From NCBI RefSeq assembly GCF_001194135.2, contig NC_069005.1, positions 11,759,299 to 11,797,641 of the forward strand: 38,343 bases of DNA, written 5' to 3'. Source of the stretch: Octopus bimaculoides. Its lineage: Eukaryota. Made by a program: the position numbers and the translations under genes. Of the stretch, positions 11,089 to 23,310 are shown piece after piece. Under the pieces are notes generated by a model. The model was not told the DNA's origin. It saw only the letters and a program-made list of their open reading frames with translations, and did not search any database. Position 1 is the stretch's first letter, and each line of letters starts with the position of its first letter.

Positions 11089-11931
11089 NNNNNNNNNNNN
11101 NNNNNNNNNNNNNNNNNNNNNNNNNNNNNNNNNNNNNNNNNNNNNNNNNNNNNNNNNNNNNNNNNNNNNNNNNNNNNNNNNNNNNNNNNNNNNNNNNNNN
11201 NNNNNNNNNNNNNNNNNNNNNNNNNNNNNNNNNNNNNNNNNNNNNNNNNNNNNNNNNNNNNNNNNNNNNNNNNNNNNNNNNNNNNNNNNNNNNNNNNNNN
11301 NNNNNNNNNNNNNNNNNNNNNNNNNNNNNNNNNNNNNNNNNNNNNNNNNNNNNNNNNNNNNNNNNNNNNNNNNNNNNNNNNNNNNNNNNNNNNNNNNNNN
11401 NNNNNNNNNNNNNNNNNNNNNNNNNNNNNNNNNNNNNNNNNNNNNNNNNNNNNNNNNNNNNNNNNNNNNNNNNNNNNNNNNNNNNNNNNNNNNNNNNNNN
11501 NNNNNNNNNNNNNNNNNNNNNNNNNNNNNNNNNNNNNNNNNNNNNNNNNNNNNNNNNNNNNNNNNNNNNNNNNNNNNNNNNAACACACACGCACACAAGC
11601 AAACACTCACATACACACAGCTACGTACATGCACGCGCTTACACACTCATACGTACATATGTTTATATATTTAGAAACAGGAAGAGAGAATACATACACA
11701 CACATATATCTATAAACTTACATACATACATACATACACACATACATGAATACATACATACATACAACATACATACACACATACATACATACAGACGTCC
11801 TTTCATATATTGTTGTATATGTATCTGTATATATTTGTGTGTGCATGTGTGTGTAAATGTGTTTATATATATATATATATATACGAACATCTGCTTATTT
11901 ATATATACATGTATATGTGATTATATACAAG

Positions 11932-12097
<166 letters not shown>

Positions 12098-12339
12098 CGC
12101 TTTAGCACAGCGATACTAATAACCTGGTGTTAGAACTCAATATACATGTGCTTCAGAACGAAACGTTACTTGCGTACAGAACATTAAATAAATGACACGG
12201 GAATAAGAAATCGTGTCATGAACATCCGTCAGCTTACAGCTGTTTCTCTTATAAGATGCAATGCTCTCATATTTGAGTGCTTGTGTTTCACCCTATGGCT
12301 TCATCGGAGCTTTAAAATTTAAGTGCAGTTTTATTAAAC

Positions 12340-12680
12340 AATGGAATTCCAACTAAGTTTGATTTTCAAGTTTTATTGTTTGCAATTTTTACAATTTTAC
12401 TATATCAAAATAAACAAGTACATTCATGCGTTACGCAGTCATCAGATGTATGTAGTAACAGTCGTGTTCCACAATTGACAACTTTAAATACCCCTCGATG
12501 GACTCCAGCAGGCTGGAGTTTACGAACTGTGTTTTGACCAATTAGTATGTGGTTTAGATGTCACGGTTTGGTGAGAGCGCCAATTAAGTTCTAACTGCTT
12601 TTCGACCAATCAGTACGTGGCTTAGACGTCACGGTTTGGTGGGCACGTCAAGGATTGATTACTTTGACTGCACCAAAATA
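12340..12680 (-). promoter_or_regulatory. Pseudo-LTR-like promoter module of a Penelope-like element
   Basis: Two 68-bp-spaced direct repeats with CCAAT (12538, 12606) and a CRE-like GTGACGTC (12625-12632); TATTTAAA (12490-12483); CTGATGA-hairpin-GAAT (12445-12422); AATAAA (12377-12372). It lies just 3' of a GIY-YIG fragment. Confidence 0.6.
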
Positions 12681-12924
12681 AATAATTGTTTGGCTATGTT
12701 TTGGAATATTGTAAACAACATACCTATTTTTATTGAATTATATTATTACAATTCCCGAAAGTTTTACATTTCAATCGATTCAATCTTTATATGGTCAATA
12801 CTACTACCAATCTTACCATCACTTTTATTATTGTTGTTTTGAGTGGTGGCGATGGTAGCAGTAGTAATAGCAGCAGTACTTATAATTTTTTATCACTATC
12901 ATCATTATAATTATCACAATAACC

Positions 12925-13460
12925 GTCCTTTTAAAACGGGTTTGAATTTATCAATAAAATTCTTTTCTTTGACTTTTCGCTCAACTTCACTTGAGTTGTG
13001 TAGTTTGTAGAATGAGAATACGATAAACGTTTTCTGACCACATGTTGCCAGATGACTGCTTTAAGAGATCTGATGGACACAAGAGTCCCTAATTTGCTGG
13101 CGGGGAACACGTGAATGCTCTGATAATGCATCTCCGGTATGATCAATGGATATCTCTTCACAATTCGGGCAATTTGATGCAATAAATTAAATTTCTATTT
13201 TTGCAGTTCATATTCGCATTTGTAAATATTCTTCAGGTTTTTATGTTGACCGGTATGTATGAACTGACCTGTATCACAATGACTATCATTGCATTTAGGT
13301 ACAATGTCTGTGTTTGTCTCTCGCCACTGGGACAGGATTTCGTAAACAACTCCAATAGCTTCCAGTTGTTTCAGTTAATATATTCCAATCTTTAAAATCT
13401 GCTTTGATATTTTCCACGCTGATCATTTCCATGCATGAGAATGTTTTCCCAGGTAAACTT
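12925..13460 (-). mobile_element. Penelope-like element, decayed GIY-YIG endonuclease fragment
   Basis: Frameshift-corrected translation: NMNCKNRNLIYCIK-PNCEEISIDHTGDALSEHSRVPRQQIRD...FIDKFKPVL, matching the PLE pattern CxxxNxIYxIxCxxC...YIGxT...R...H...FIxKFKPxLN. Confidence 0.75.
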
Positions 13461-13739
13461 GCCCTTCATTTTAGATGATTCGAGGAAACTACAAGGTAAC
13501 GCACAACCACTTAGCTCTGAGTGTACTGCATCTTACAGCAGAAACAATTGTAAGGTAATGAAGTTGATTACGTACTTCCTCTTCCCTTGTCATCTATTTA
13601 ATTTCATTTTACGATCTGTAGTCCAAAAACGCTCTGTTCTGAAGTATATATATTTATTGAGTTCTAATGCTAGGTTATTAGAATCGCTAGGCTTTAGCGA
13701 AATCTTAATATATATACATATATAAAACGGCAAACCGCT

Positions 13740-13930
13740 AGAATCATTAGTGTTCCGTGTGATACATTTAGCAACATTTTCATCGCCTTTACGTTCTGAG
13801 TTGAAATTTCGACGGGCGCCAATATTGCCTTTCATCCTCTGGGGTGGGGGTCTATAAAATAACACTGGGGTCAACGTAATCGACTTATCTTCTGCCCCGA
13901 GCTTTCTGGCCTTCTGGCAAAATTTGAAAC
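13740..13930 (+). mobile_element. SINE family A
   Basis: CGTTCTGAGTTGAAATTTC...GCCTTTCATCCT...GGGGTCAACGTAATCGACTT. Confidence 0.7.
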
Positions 13931-13951
13931 ACGCACACACACACACACACG

Positions 13952-13989
<38 letters not shown>

Positions 13990-14262
13990 TACACATACAC
14001 ACACACNNNNNNNNNNNNNNNNNNNNNNNNNNNNNNNNNNNNNNNNNNNNNNNNNNNNNNNNNNNNNNNNNNNNNNNNNNNNNNNNNNNNNNNNNNNNNN
14101 NNNNNNNNNNNNNNNNNNNNNNNNNNNNNNNNNNNNNNNNNNNNNNNNNNNNNNNNNNNNNNNNNNNNNNNNNNNNNNNNNNNNNNNNNNNNNNNNNNNN
14201 NNNNNNNNNNNNNNNNNNNNNNNNNNNNNNNNNNNNNNNNNGGTGTAAACAACAAAAGGATG

Positions 14263-14332
14263 TATTAGTTTGACGCTCAGGAATACAGAAAGTCTTTAAC
14301 GTTTCGAGCTACACTCTTCAACAGAAATAATA
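14263..14332 (-). ncRNA. Type I hammerhead ribozyme-like motif with A6U core variant (Penelope-associated repeat)
   Basis: Minus strand: stem I TATTATTT/AAACTAATA (8 bp, 1 bulge); core CTGTTGA; extra A; stem II GAG-TGTAG-CTC; GAAA; stem III ACGTT/AGCGT; cleavage triplet GTC at 14274-14272. Confidence 0.6.
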
Positions 14333-14392
14333 CGGAGAAAACAAGGAGAAAAACACGGAGAAAAAAATTGAATGGTGTTTGGTCAACGATCT

Positions 14393-14437
<45 letters not shown>

Positions 14438-15304
14438 ACACATATATAAACTAGGTTTTGTGTAACCAGTCTTCAAAAAGACATTTCTCTTTTAACTGAT
14501 ATCACCGATAATCAATCAATTAATGTTAGATTAAATGCTATGTAATGCATCTGCTTATGCAACACAAGTTATATTGTCGGATCCGTTATCAATTCTGATA
14601 GTCACTGTCCTTTGTAATTTATATTGTTGATTCTTAGCGGTGTTCCAACACTAGAAACTTGTGTGACAGGATGTCGTCAAGCAAATTCAACCAGCTATAT
14701 TATTGTTACTTTATTTTATCGACACAGGATGGATGATATCAGAATTTCCTACTGAGATGTAAAAGGGAGAATGAATGATGGAACAAGAAAAGGAAAATTT
14801 AATCACATAGGGTGAAATACAGTTAGCACTCCCTTGAAGATGAAAGAGAAAAAATGTACGAAAAGTGAAATGAAACTTTGAAAGATGAAAGGAAAAAGTA
14901 ATGCCGGAAGGATGGAAGACAAAGTTGTAGAAAGAATGAAGGGCCAAGTTGACCGACAGAAAGCTGAAAATAAAAGTCAGTCACATCAGCGTTCGAACCC
15001 AGACAGTAAAAGGACGACCGTAAGTACTTTGAAGAGGTGACGCTCAGCTACCGATTCTATGATGTATAGTTAGTAACCTTCACTTTTGATTTATTTCATT
15101 CATTGGGTTGTGGCCATGTTGGGGCATCGCCTTAAAGAGTTTTAGTCAAACAAAGCGAACCCAGAATTTATGTTAGTTTCTTTTTTAAGTCTGAAGTCCT
15201 CTGATGAAAACCCATTAATGCTCAAAAGACGATAAAGTCCGTTCATCATTTTTTAATCTACGGAGAAATGGTTAAATTTGCTCTGTTCATATGTCTGCTA
15301 CATA

Positions 15305-15475
15305 TTCTTTTATTCTTTTACTTGTTTGAGTCATTTGACTGCGGCTATGCTGGAGCACCGCCTTTAGTCGAACAAATAAATCCCAGAACTTATTCTTTGT
15401 AAGCCTAGTACTAATTCTATCGGTTTCTTTTGCCGTACCTCTAGGCTACAGGGACGTAAACGCACCAGCAACTGC
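15305..15475 (-). mobile_element. SINE module C abutting the hAT 3' end
   Basis: TTTTACTTGTTTGAGTCATTTGACTGCGGC...GGAGCACCGCCTTTAGTCGAAC...GGGACGTAAAC. Confidence 0.8.
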
Positions 15476-15499
15476 TTTTTTTCTTCTCTTGTTTTTTTT

Positions 15500-17244
15500 T
15501 CTGAAAGATTAGGAATATCACGTCTTTGGAGAAACTGCTATTCTTAGTTCATTACTCAGGTTTTCGTTAGTAAGTCTGGTACGAAGATGATATTTTGCCT
15601 AATTCAATTTGGAAAAAAAACTGCCCACATTGATAGGTTTCTCGAAAATTGAGATACGAATTTCAAGGCATTTTTATGTAATGCAGGACATTTTTCAGGA
15701 TTGATGAGTTTGTAGAAGTCCAACAAAGAGAGATTATTATATTTCGATTTTATTAAGTTATCCGACTGCAAATCAATTAATTCTAATTGTAAGGAATCCG
15801 GAACCTCCTCAGGACACATATCAAAAGGTGTTTCGAAGACACATAATTCGATTTTATCTTGTATTCCTTCAAATCTACCTTCAAATTTCCTCAAAAGACT
15901 TTGTTAATTCAGGATTTTGTTCGCTCAATTTCGGAAAATGTGTGAAACACTTTCTTTTCAGTTGTGTGACAAATATTCGAGGCAACGATTCAAAGCTTTT
16001 GATATGAGAAAACAAACTGGTTATCTGCTAATTGGAGCCTTATAGTTTCAAGTTCATATTATTTAAATGACTATTGATATCTACTAAAAATACTAAATCA
16101 CTTTGAAACTTTTTATCTTCCAGTTCTATAATAAGAACACCTTTAATATCCATAAAAAAAAATTTCATTCTTCCTTCAGTTCATAAAATCATTTAAGCAT
16201 TTGGGCCTTACTTAACCACTTAACTTCACAATGGTGCAATAAATCCCTATATTCGGTTTCAAGATCTTTCAAAAGTTCTTTAAATCCCCTTTTATTCAAC
16301 CTCTTGCTTTTTTTTATCAAATTAACGGCTTTACTTTCATCACATTGCCCATCTTGAGAGATTTTGCGTATAGACTTTCAATATGAATAAAGCAATGACA
16401 CAATTAAAGTTTCCGGATCTAAAAGATGCTCCTTAAATTCATTCTTAATCAGAGCTACGAACCCTTTTTCACGACCTACCATAGATGGAGCGCCAGCTGT
16501 AGCAAGACCACTCATTTCTTCATGTGGAAAATCCAAATCTTTCAAGGCTGAGTCGACCATTAGAAATAAATCTTCTCCTCTAACTGTCCCATGCATTGAT
16601 TTCAGAGCAAGAAATTCTTCCCGAATGTTGAATTTTGCAGTTATTCCACGTATAAATATTACCATCTGAACAGTATTAGACAGATCAGTTATCTCATCAA
16701 TAGCTAATGAATACAATACGAATTCTGCTGGATCAGATTTTAGAGAATTTTGAATGTCATCAGTAATATCTTTAACACGATCAGAAATAGTTCTTCTTGA
16801 TACGCTAATATTTCCAAACAAATTAAGTTTTTCTGGGCATATATTCTCAACAGCAGTAAGGATACATTCTTTCACGAATTCACCATCGCTATGTGGTTTG
16901 AGTTTTGAGCAATATTTTCGCATACTGCATAAATAGCTCGAGTAACTAATTCACTTTCAAGAATCGGCCTTTTAAAACTATGTTGCTTTTTGGTCAGATT
17001 TTCTTTCAAGGAGGCTATCTTGTCTAAGCGTTCAGTTTCTTTCAAATTTTCATAGGTCTTATTCTTTCTCACAAAATGCCTCTCTATATTATATTTTTTA
17101 TGAACGGCTACTTGTTCGTTGGAAATAAGACAAATGCAATTGTTATATATTTTAGTAATAAAGATAAAGCTTAGTTTATTTTTCATCAAACAAAGCACGT
17201 AGACCAGCACTTCTTTTTATAGGATTTTTATAGCCGCTTGCCAT
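15500..17244 (-). pseudogene. hAT (Buster clade, SPIN/GTF2IRD2/EPM2AIP1-like) transposase, near full length, with frameshifts and stops
   Basis: BED-like CICLI...KKYNIERHF; KPHSDGEFVKECI; SVSRRTISDRV; SLAIDEITD; EEFLAL; ATAGAPSMVG (TDGAP motif); C-terminal LQLELIDLQSD...CPALHKNALK...RTRLTNENL. Probable ATG at 17244-17242. Confidence 0.9.
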
Positions 17245-18184
17245 ATCGATAAGGGTATTGAAAAATTGATTTAACAAAGTTAACAAAGTTATAAACCGGT
17301 TAAATTTATATTATTACTTTCGGAATTTTTGTTATTACCGCTGCATGGGAAAAACAAAAGCCAACTGTCTAGTAGTCGTAATGCATGCGTTCAGTGTAGT
17401 AAATATAATAAAAAATAAAAATCTGCAAAAAATAATAATATCCTGCAAGGTTTAACTTGATTTTTCTCTCTACCTTCTCCACACAGGTGTTGACAAATGA
17501 GTGAATAGGGAAGGGCGACAACTGATAATCCGATGGCAGATGTAAGTAACTCCTGTTGACCTTCTTGACACCGACTGATAGCAAAAATGCGATACCCCTT
17601 TCGAAAAATGTTATTTTTCACTGCTTTTTCAGAAAAAGTAATATTTTTTTATAATCCTGTTCACAAAGCACCAAATTAGTAGTTTCTGTTTCGATGAAGC
17701 TTTACCAATTTGTTTTTGATTTTTTAATAGATTTTAAAATATATTTTGCTTCTCGATTGACAGGATGAGTGTCGATTTCGAAGATTTTGACTTTCGTAAA
17801 AACGTGAAAAATGAAATAGGTAAGAAAATTTGAATACTTGGGGTTCTTAGATATGAATAATTTTTACACAGTATTTTCTACAACCTTTCAGCTTTCGTTT
17901 CATATAAAAATCATTTCGATACATGCAATATATTTTTAGTTTTCTCAGGTAAAGTGTAGCTGGTCTGAAGGGGTGGTACAAACCTAACAATATGTGTTTT
18001 AGACTGAAAATAAAATTTCCATACAAATGGCAATTAACGGACGATTTCTGATCGAGTCTGACCGTTTTAAGCCGTAGTGGAAACCCGATCTATGTCGCAA
18101 ATAGGCATACGAGTGTTGTATACATTTTATAATTGAAAATTTTACTTTATTTTGTACATCAGCCTGCGAGCGCAATAAAAGAGC

Positions 18185-18237
18185 TCGCCGGTGCAATTGC
18201 ACCCACGGGTTGGGGATTCCCTACCCCTGGCCTATTT
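18185..18237 (-). mobile_element. 5' TIR and subterminal palindrome of the hAT element
   Basis: Minus strand CAGGGGTAGGGAATCC starts at 18229; perfect palindrome GGTGCAATTGCACC at 18190-18203; flanking 8-mer GCCTATTT (18230-18237) fits the Buster nnnTAnnn target. Confidence 0.65.
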
Positions 18238-18656
18238 GATACTTACCAACCATACGCTGGAACCACAGGTCTACCCAACCCTACCAAGTGCATATCTTTT
18301 CAAGTACCTGATCCTTATTTTATTATATATATATATATATATATNNNNNNNNNNNNNNNNNNNNNNNNNNNNNNNNNNNNNNNNNNNNNNNNNNNNNNNN
18401 NNNNNNNNNNNNNNNNNNNNNNNNNNNNNNNNNNNNNNNNNNNNNNNNNNNNNNNNNNNNNNNNNNNNNNNNNNNNNNNNNNNNNNNNNNNNNNNNNNNN
18501 NNNNNNNNNNNNNNNNNNNNNNNNNNNNNNNNNNNNNNNNNNNNNNNNNNNNNNNNNNNNNNNNNNNNNNNNNNNNNNNNNNNNNNNNNNNNNNNNNNNN
18601 NNNNNNNNNNNNNNNNNNNNNNNNNNNNNNNNTATATATATATATATACGCATACA

Positions 18657-18687
<31 letters not shown>

Positions 18688-19539
18688 TCATAATCGGGGA
18701 GTGTCATATGCTGAGCGTAAAACAAACTATACGAATTCAACAATTGTTACGGTCTAAGATAAGAGTAATATATCCACAATAACTCATAAATATTATCTAT
18801 TAGCGAATTAGTTTTTATAAATGGCTTTATAATTCTTTACATTAAGGATAAATTTGGAGAATTACAGCATAGATTTAAAGAAATGAACGGATCAAAGCAT
18901 TACGTGATACGTGAAATACCGAAATGAAAGCGGAAGCTATTTTTCCTTTCATTTTAAATGCACGTGTATTATGAAAGAGAGAAAATAATATTTAGGTGAC
19001 TAATACGTAATTATTTAGAAACAGCATGAAAGAAATTAATTTTGAGGTGTAATGATGTATAAGAGCCCAACTTAATGTGGATGGGTGTGAATACATGGCA
19101 TTGAAAAGGACGAGAAAAGATGAAATGTATCTTGCGATCTTGTTCGTGTTCCTCTGATCTTTATTGTGTTTGTGGCAGGGACAATCCATAAGAAACGCTA
19201 TCTCAGGAAAAATACTGTAGCAAGTAGCCTGTCGACAGTGTGGTAAAAGTTTTATGCTCTGAAGTAAAAAGAACGAGACAAAAGAACAACAAAACAAAAT
19301 GAAACGAAAACAAAAGCAAATCAAACTCCATTTCTGTATTTCCGACAACCCATCATGTTTTCCTCAAAATCCTGCCGTAATTCTCCGTATTTACCGTTTT
19401 AAAATAAATATTTAGTCGAATCACAGAACTCATCACTAGCTGGAGAGACCTGATACTGGTATGATATAAACTCACTCCTAACTTTGTGTAGCTTGCAACT
19501 CTTGTGAGGTGTGTGTCTGAACTCCCAGCAGGAATAAGA

Positions 19540-19700
19540 ACAAGATCCGTCGATGGATGGATGAGCTCTTTGTGGGCCAACGGCCATCCAGTTGAGGAAG
19601 GCAATGGCAACCCACCTCAATATCTTTGCCATGAAAACACTGTGAGAAAGTCGGAACGAAGTAACGATATAGCTTCATCCGATGGGAAGTAGTACTGTAA
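19540..19700 (+). mobile_element. RTE-clade LINE/SINE 5' fragment (BovA-like motif)
   Basis: GAGGAAGGCAATGGCAACCCACCTCAATATCTTTGCCATGAAAAC (19594-19638) resembles the RTE/BovB motif GGAGAAGGMAATGGCAACCCACTCCAGTATTCTTGCC. Confidence 0.6.
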
Positions 19701-19734
19701 AAGCGTATGATACAGGACAAAGTCGACGAGATAA

Positions 19735-19945
19735 ATATGATTTTCAACTTTTGGCACAAGGCCAGCAAGTTCGAGGAGGGGGATAGTCGATTAATTTGAC
19801 CCCAGTGATCAGCTTGTACATATTTTATCAACCATGAAAGGAAAAAAGTCAAAGTCGACCTGGACAGAATTTGAACTCAGAACATGCAGAAATGCCGTTA
19901 AGCATTTTGCCCGGTGTGCTAACGATACTGCCAGCTCGCTACCTT
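19735..19945 (-). mobile_element. SINE family A
   Basis: TTTGGCACAAGGCC...AAAGTCGACCT...TTTGAACTCAGAAC...TGCCAGCTCGC. Confidence 0.8.
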
Positions 19946-20309
19946 TCGACGAGATAAATATTAGATGTGATGTAATGAATACCAATTACTTAAGATTTAG
20001 CTTCTAGTTAGGATAAAAAGTAAATAAATTAATAAATAAAAGTAACCTGCCAGTAATTGATAGCAAATTGCATGAGGTGAGATCATCTCAAGAAGTTAAG
20101 AAATACTTCCTCAAAATCAAATTGCAGGCTTAGGTTAAATCTTGATCGTTGTAAGCCAAAGAGATAATCAACGACTGCTTTCGATGTTATTGCATCATAT
20201 TAGCAATGTGCGGGTTATTTAAACCTAATTTATTCAATCGACTAAGGTACTAACGAGTCGCCAAATAGTACGAGGAGTAATTTACCTCGAGTAATCAGCC
20301 TAACAAAAT

Positions 20310-20520
20310 AATGCTCCAAATATTGGCACAAGACCAGCAATTTTGAGGGGAAGAAGTCGATAACGTCGGACTCTTAGCTCTGTTGGTATTTCTTTTATTG
20401 ACATCAAAAGGATGAAAGGCAAACTCGATCACAGTGGTATTTGAACTAGAAGCATAAAGAACTCGAAGAAACTCCGTTACTCAGTTTGTCCGATTTTGCC
20501 AGATTGATGCTTCAGTGACT
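20310..20520 (-). mobile_element. SINE family A, degenerate
   Basis: TTGGCACAAGACCAGC...GGATGAAAGGCAAA...TTTGAACT. Confidence 0.65.
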
Positions 20521-22057
20521 TCAAATTTTAGCACAATGCCAGTTATGAATTTTTTTCGACGCGCTAACAATCCTATCAGCTCATTGCGTTTGCATAACTA
20601 AATAACAAAAACGAGTTAATTGAATTATATCCGTAATTATTTCTCACAAGAAAAGACTCGCTTTCCAAAAGTGTGTGTCAGTGTTATGAAAATAATCAGT
20701 AATTTCTTCAGTTTATCTCTACCCTCTTCTAAACGCTGCTAATTATTACAACTAAGTATTTATCTTATTTTGTTCACCATGAATTTTGTTCAATCAATTA
20801 TATTTTGCGCACGCCGTTCAATTAAAACCCTCTTCACCTAATTATTTAATCTCAAGTCAATGGCCTGCTTCAGTATATTCACTTTCGTTCATCTCATTTA
20901 ACATTTTAAAAACTACTACAAGCCAAAACATTTCGTAATTATTTTTGTATATGTTAAAACATTTCTCGATTGATCAATTCAGATTTGGTTGCATTGCCCA
21001 ATGAACGGAAACGTGCGATTAGTTGCCTTTAGCAAATTGATACTTTTTTGGGATGGGGGTAATTATCTCCCCTTTTTATTATGCAGGTGACAAACCTTTA
21101 ACTGCCATTGGGCTGGCTGCTTTAATTCTCTACCTTAGAAGGAATTTAAATTAATTGAAAACATCTTATGAATGCCATTCAGTATATCATTACTCTGTGT
21201 GTGCGTGCATATGTGTGTGTGTGTGTGTGTGTGTNNNNNNNNNNNNNNNNNNNNNNNNNNNNNNNNNNNNNNNNNNNNNNNNNNNNNNNNNNNNNNNNNN
21301 NNNNNNNNNNNNNNNNNNNNNNNNNNNNNNNNNNNNNNNNNNNNNNNNNNNNNNNNNNNNNNNNNNNNNNNNNNNNNNNNNNNNNNNNNNNNNNNNNNNN
21401 NNNNNNNNNNNNNNNNNNNNNNNNNNNNNNNNNNNNNNNNNNNNNNNNNNNNNNNNNNNNNNNNNNNNNNNNNNNNNNNNNNNNNNNNNNNNNNNNNNNN
21501 NNNNNNNNNNNNNNNNNNNNNNNNNNNNNNNNNNNNNNNNNNNNNNNNNNNNNNNNNNNNNNNNNNNNNNNNNNNNNNNNNNNNNNNNNNNNNNNNNNNN
21601 NNNNNNNNNNNNNNNNNNNNNNNNNNNNNNNNNNNNNNNNNNNNNNNNNNNNNNNNNNNNNNNNNNNNNNNNNNNNNNNNNNNNNNNNNNNNNNNNNNNN
21701 NNNNNNNNNNNNNNNNNNNNNNNNNNNNNNNNNNNNNNNNNNNNNNNNNNNNNNNNNNNNNNNNNNNNNNNNNNNNNNNNNNNNNNNNNNNNNNNNNNNN
21801 NNNNNNNNNNNNNNNNNNNNNNNNNNNNNNNNNNNNNNNNNNNNNNNNNNNNNNNNNNNNNNNNNNNNNNNNNNNNNNNNNNNNNNNNNATTTACTTATC
21901 AGGTCTGGAGGTTGGTGAACTACTCATGACCCATCGACTTCGCATAGCCTTCGATATTGGTGAGAATGATGCTATTACTGTTCCGTCTAAACTTAAACTG
22001 TTGCAATTCAATACCTTGCATAAGCAAGAAGATTCCAGAGGATTGATTTTTGTGAGA

Positions 22058-22160
22058 TGTAAGATTGGGTAGTGTAAGATTGGGTAGTGTAAGATTGGGT
22101 AGTGTAAGATTGGGTAGTGTAAGATTGGGTAGTGTAAGAGTGGGTAGTGTAAGGTTGGTC
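22058..22160. repeat. 15-bp minisatellite (TGTAAGATTGGGTAG) x6.5
   Basis: Five perfect units followed by two diverged units. Confidence 0.95.
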
Positions 22161-22324
22161 GGCTTTTGGACACAAAGAAGAGTGAAAAGAAATCAAAAGA
22201 CAAGTGGGCCCTGATGTGCCTGAATGAAGGAAGTACAAGATCAGCTAACTCAGAGTAATAGAGGACATTATAACTGAAATAGAAAGGTAACTCTAACCAT
22301 TACTGTCTCCTCAGTCTGGTTACC

Positions 22325-22465
22325 TGATTATCATAGCATATAAGCAACTGATACTATGAACAGGACGCCAGTCCATCGCAGGTTTATTTATGTGCAGCTG
22401 AGTGGATGGTAGGAACGTAAGAGGAGACTCATGATGACAATACACAACCGTGTCTTGGAATATAA
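22325..22465 (-). mobile_element. SINE fragment with Nin-like domain
   Basis: GGACGCCAGTCCATCGCAGG...GTGGA...GTGTCTTG resembles the conserved invertebrate SINE central domain as I recall it. Confidence 0.4.
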
Positions 22466-22556
22466 CAACAGTTGCGGTCGTGAGCGCCTTCATTTGCGAT
22501 AGAAAAGATAATATAAATTCCTGACCTCGAAATTTCACCGTATCTCTGTATAGGAT

Positions 22557-22613
22557 TCTACAAACAAACAAACAAACAAACAAACAAACAAACAAACAAA
22601 CAAACAAACAAAC

Positions 22614-22657
<44 letters not shown>

Positions 22658-22660
22658 AAT
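22557..22660. repeat. (AAAC)n(TAAC)n compound microsatellite
   Basis: Direct. Confidence 0.95.
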
Positions 22661-22839
22661 AAAAAAAAAAAAACAACCTATTGAGTCATTCTGGTTTTGG
22701 AAGAAAATAGCACTCTCTTCACTGATGCAAATGGGATATGATATTGTAAGTTAAAACATTCTTCAGCCTGCAAAATGATGCAAACCCTAGGATTGATTTT
22801 TGCTCTTCAGAGACAATATATACTCATAAAATGCAGGAC

Positions 22840-23000
22840 CGTGCTTTATTTGAGGTTTTCTGAAGGTATAATTATGTTGGGTACCATGTTTTATGAAAAT
22901 GAACTGGAGCAACGTGAAATAAAGTGTCTTGCTCAAGGACACACCACGCCGCCGGGAATCGAACTCACGACCATGCGATTGTGACTCGAATAGCCTAACC
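22840..23000 (-). mobile_element. tRNA-derived SINE head + CORE-like domain
   Basis: Minus strand TGGTTTAGTGG (A box), GAGTTCGATTCCC (B box), GTGTCCTTGAGCAAGACACTT. Confidence 0.75.
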
Positions 23001-23089
23001 ACTAAACCACTCGCCTTCACTTGGGAAGCACACACGCAAATAAACACAGCCGCAAACACGTGCGCGCGCGCACGTATATGTCACAGTTT

Positions 23090-23310
23090 AATATTGATTT
23101 CAAATTTAGGTACAAGGTCAGCAATTTCTGGGGAGGTGGTAAATTTATTACATCGACCCCAGTATTCAACTGGTACTTAATTTATCGACCCCGACAGGAT
23201 GAAAGGCAAAGTCGACCTCGGCGGAATTTGAGCTCAGAACTTAAAGGCTGACGAAATGCCGCTAAGCATTTTGCCTGGCGTTCTAACGAATTTACTAGGT
23301 CGCCGCCTTT
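23090..23310 (-). mobile_element. SINE family A, near full length
   Basis: GGTACTTAATTTATCGACCCCGACAGGATGAAAGGCAAAGTCGACCTCGGCGGAATTTGAGCTCAGAAC. Confidence 0.85.

Noticed and set aside
22058-22160. CRISPR-like array
   Set aside because: The units are contiguous with no unique spacers, and the context is eukaryotic.
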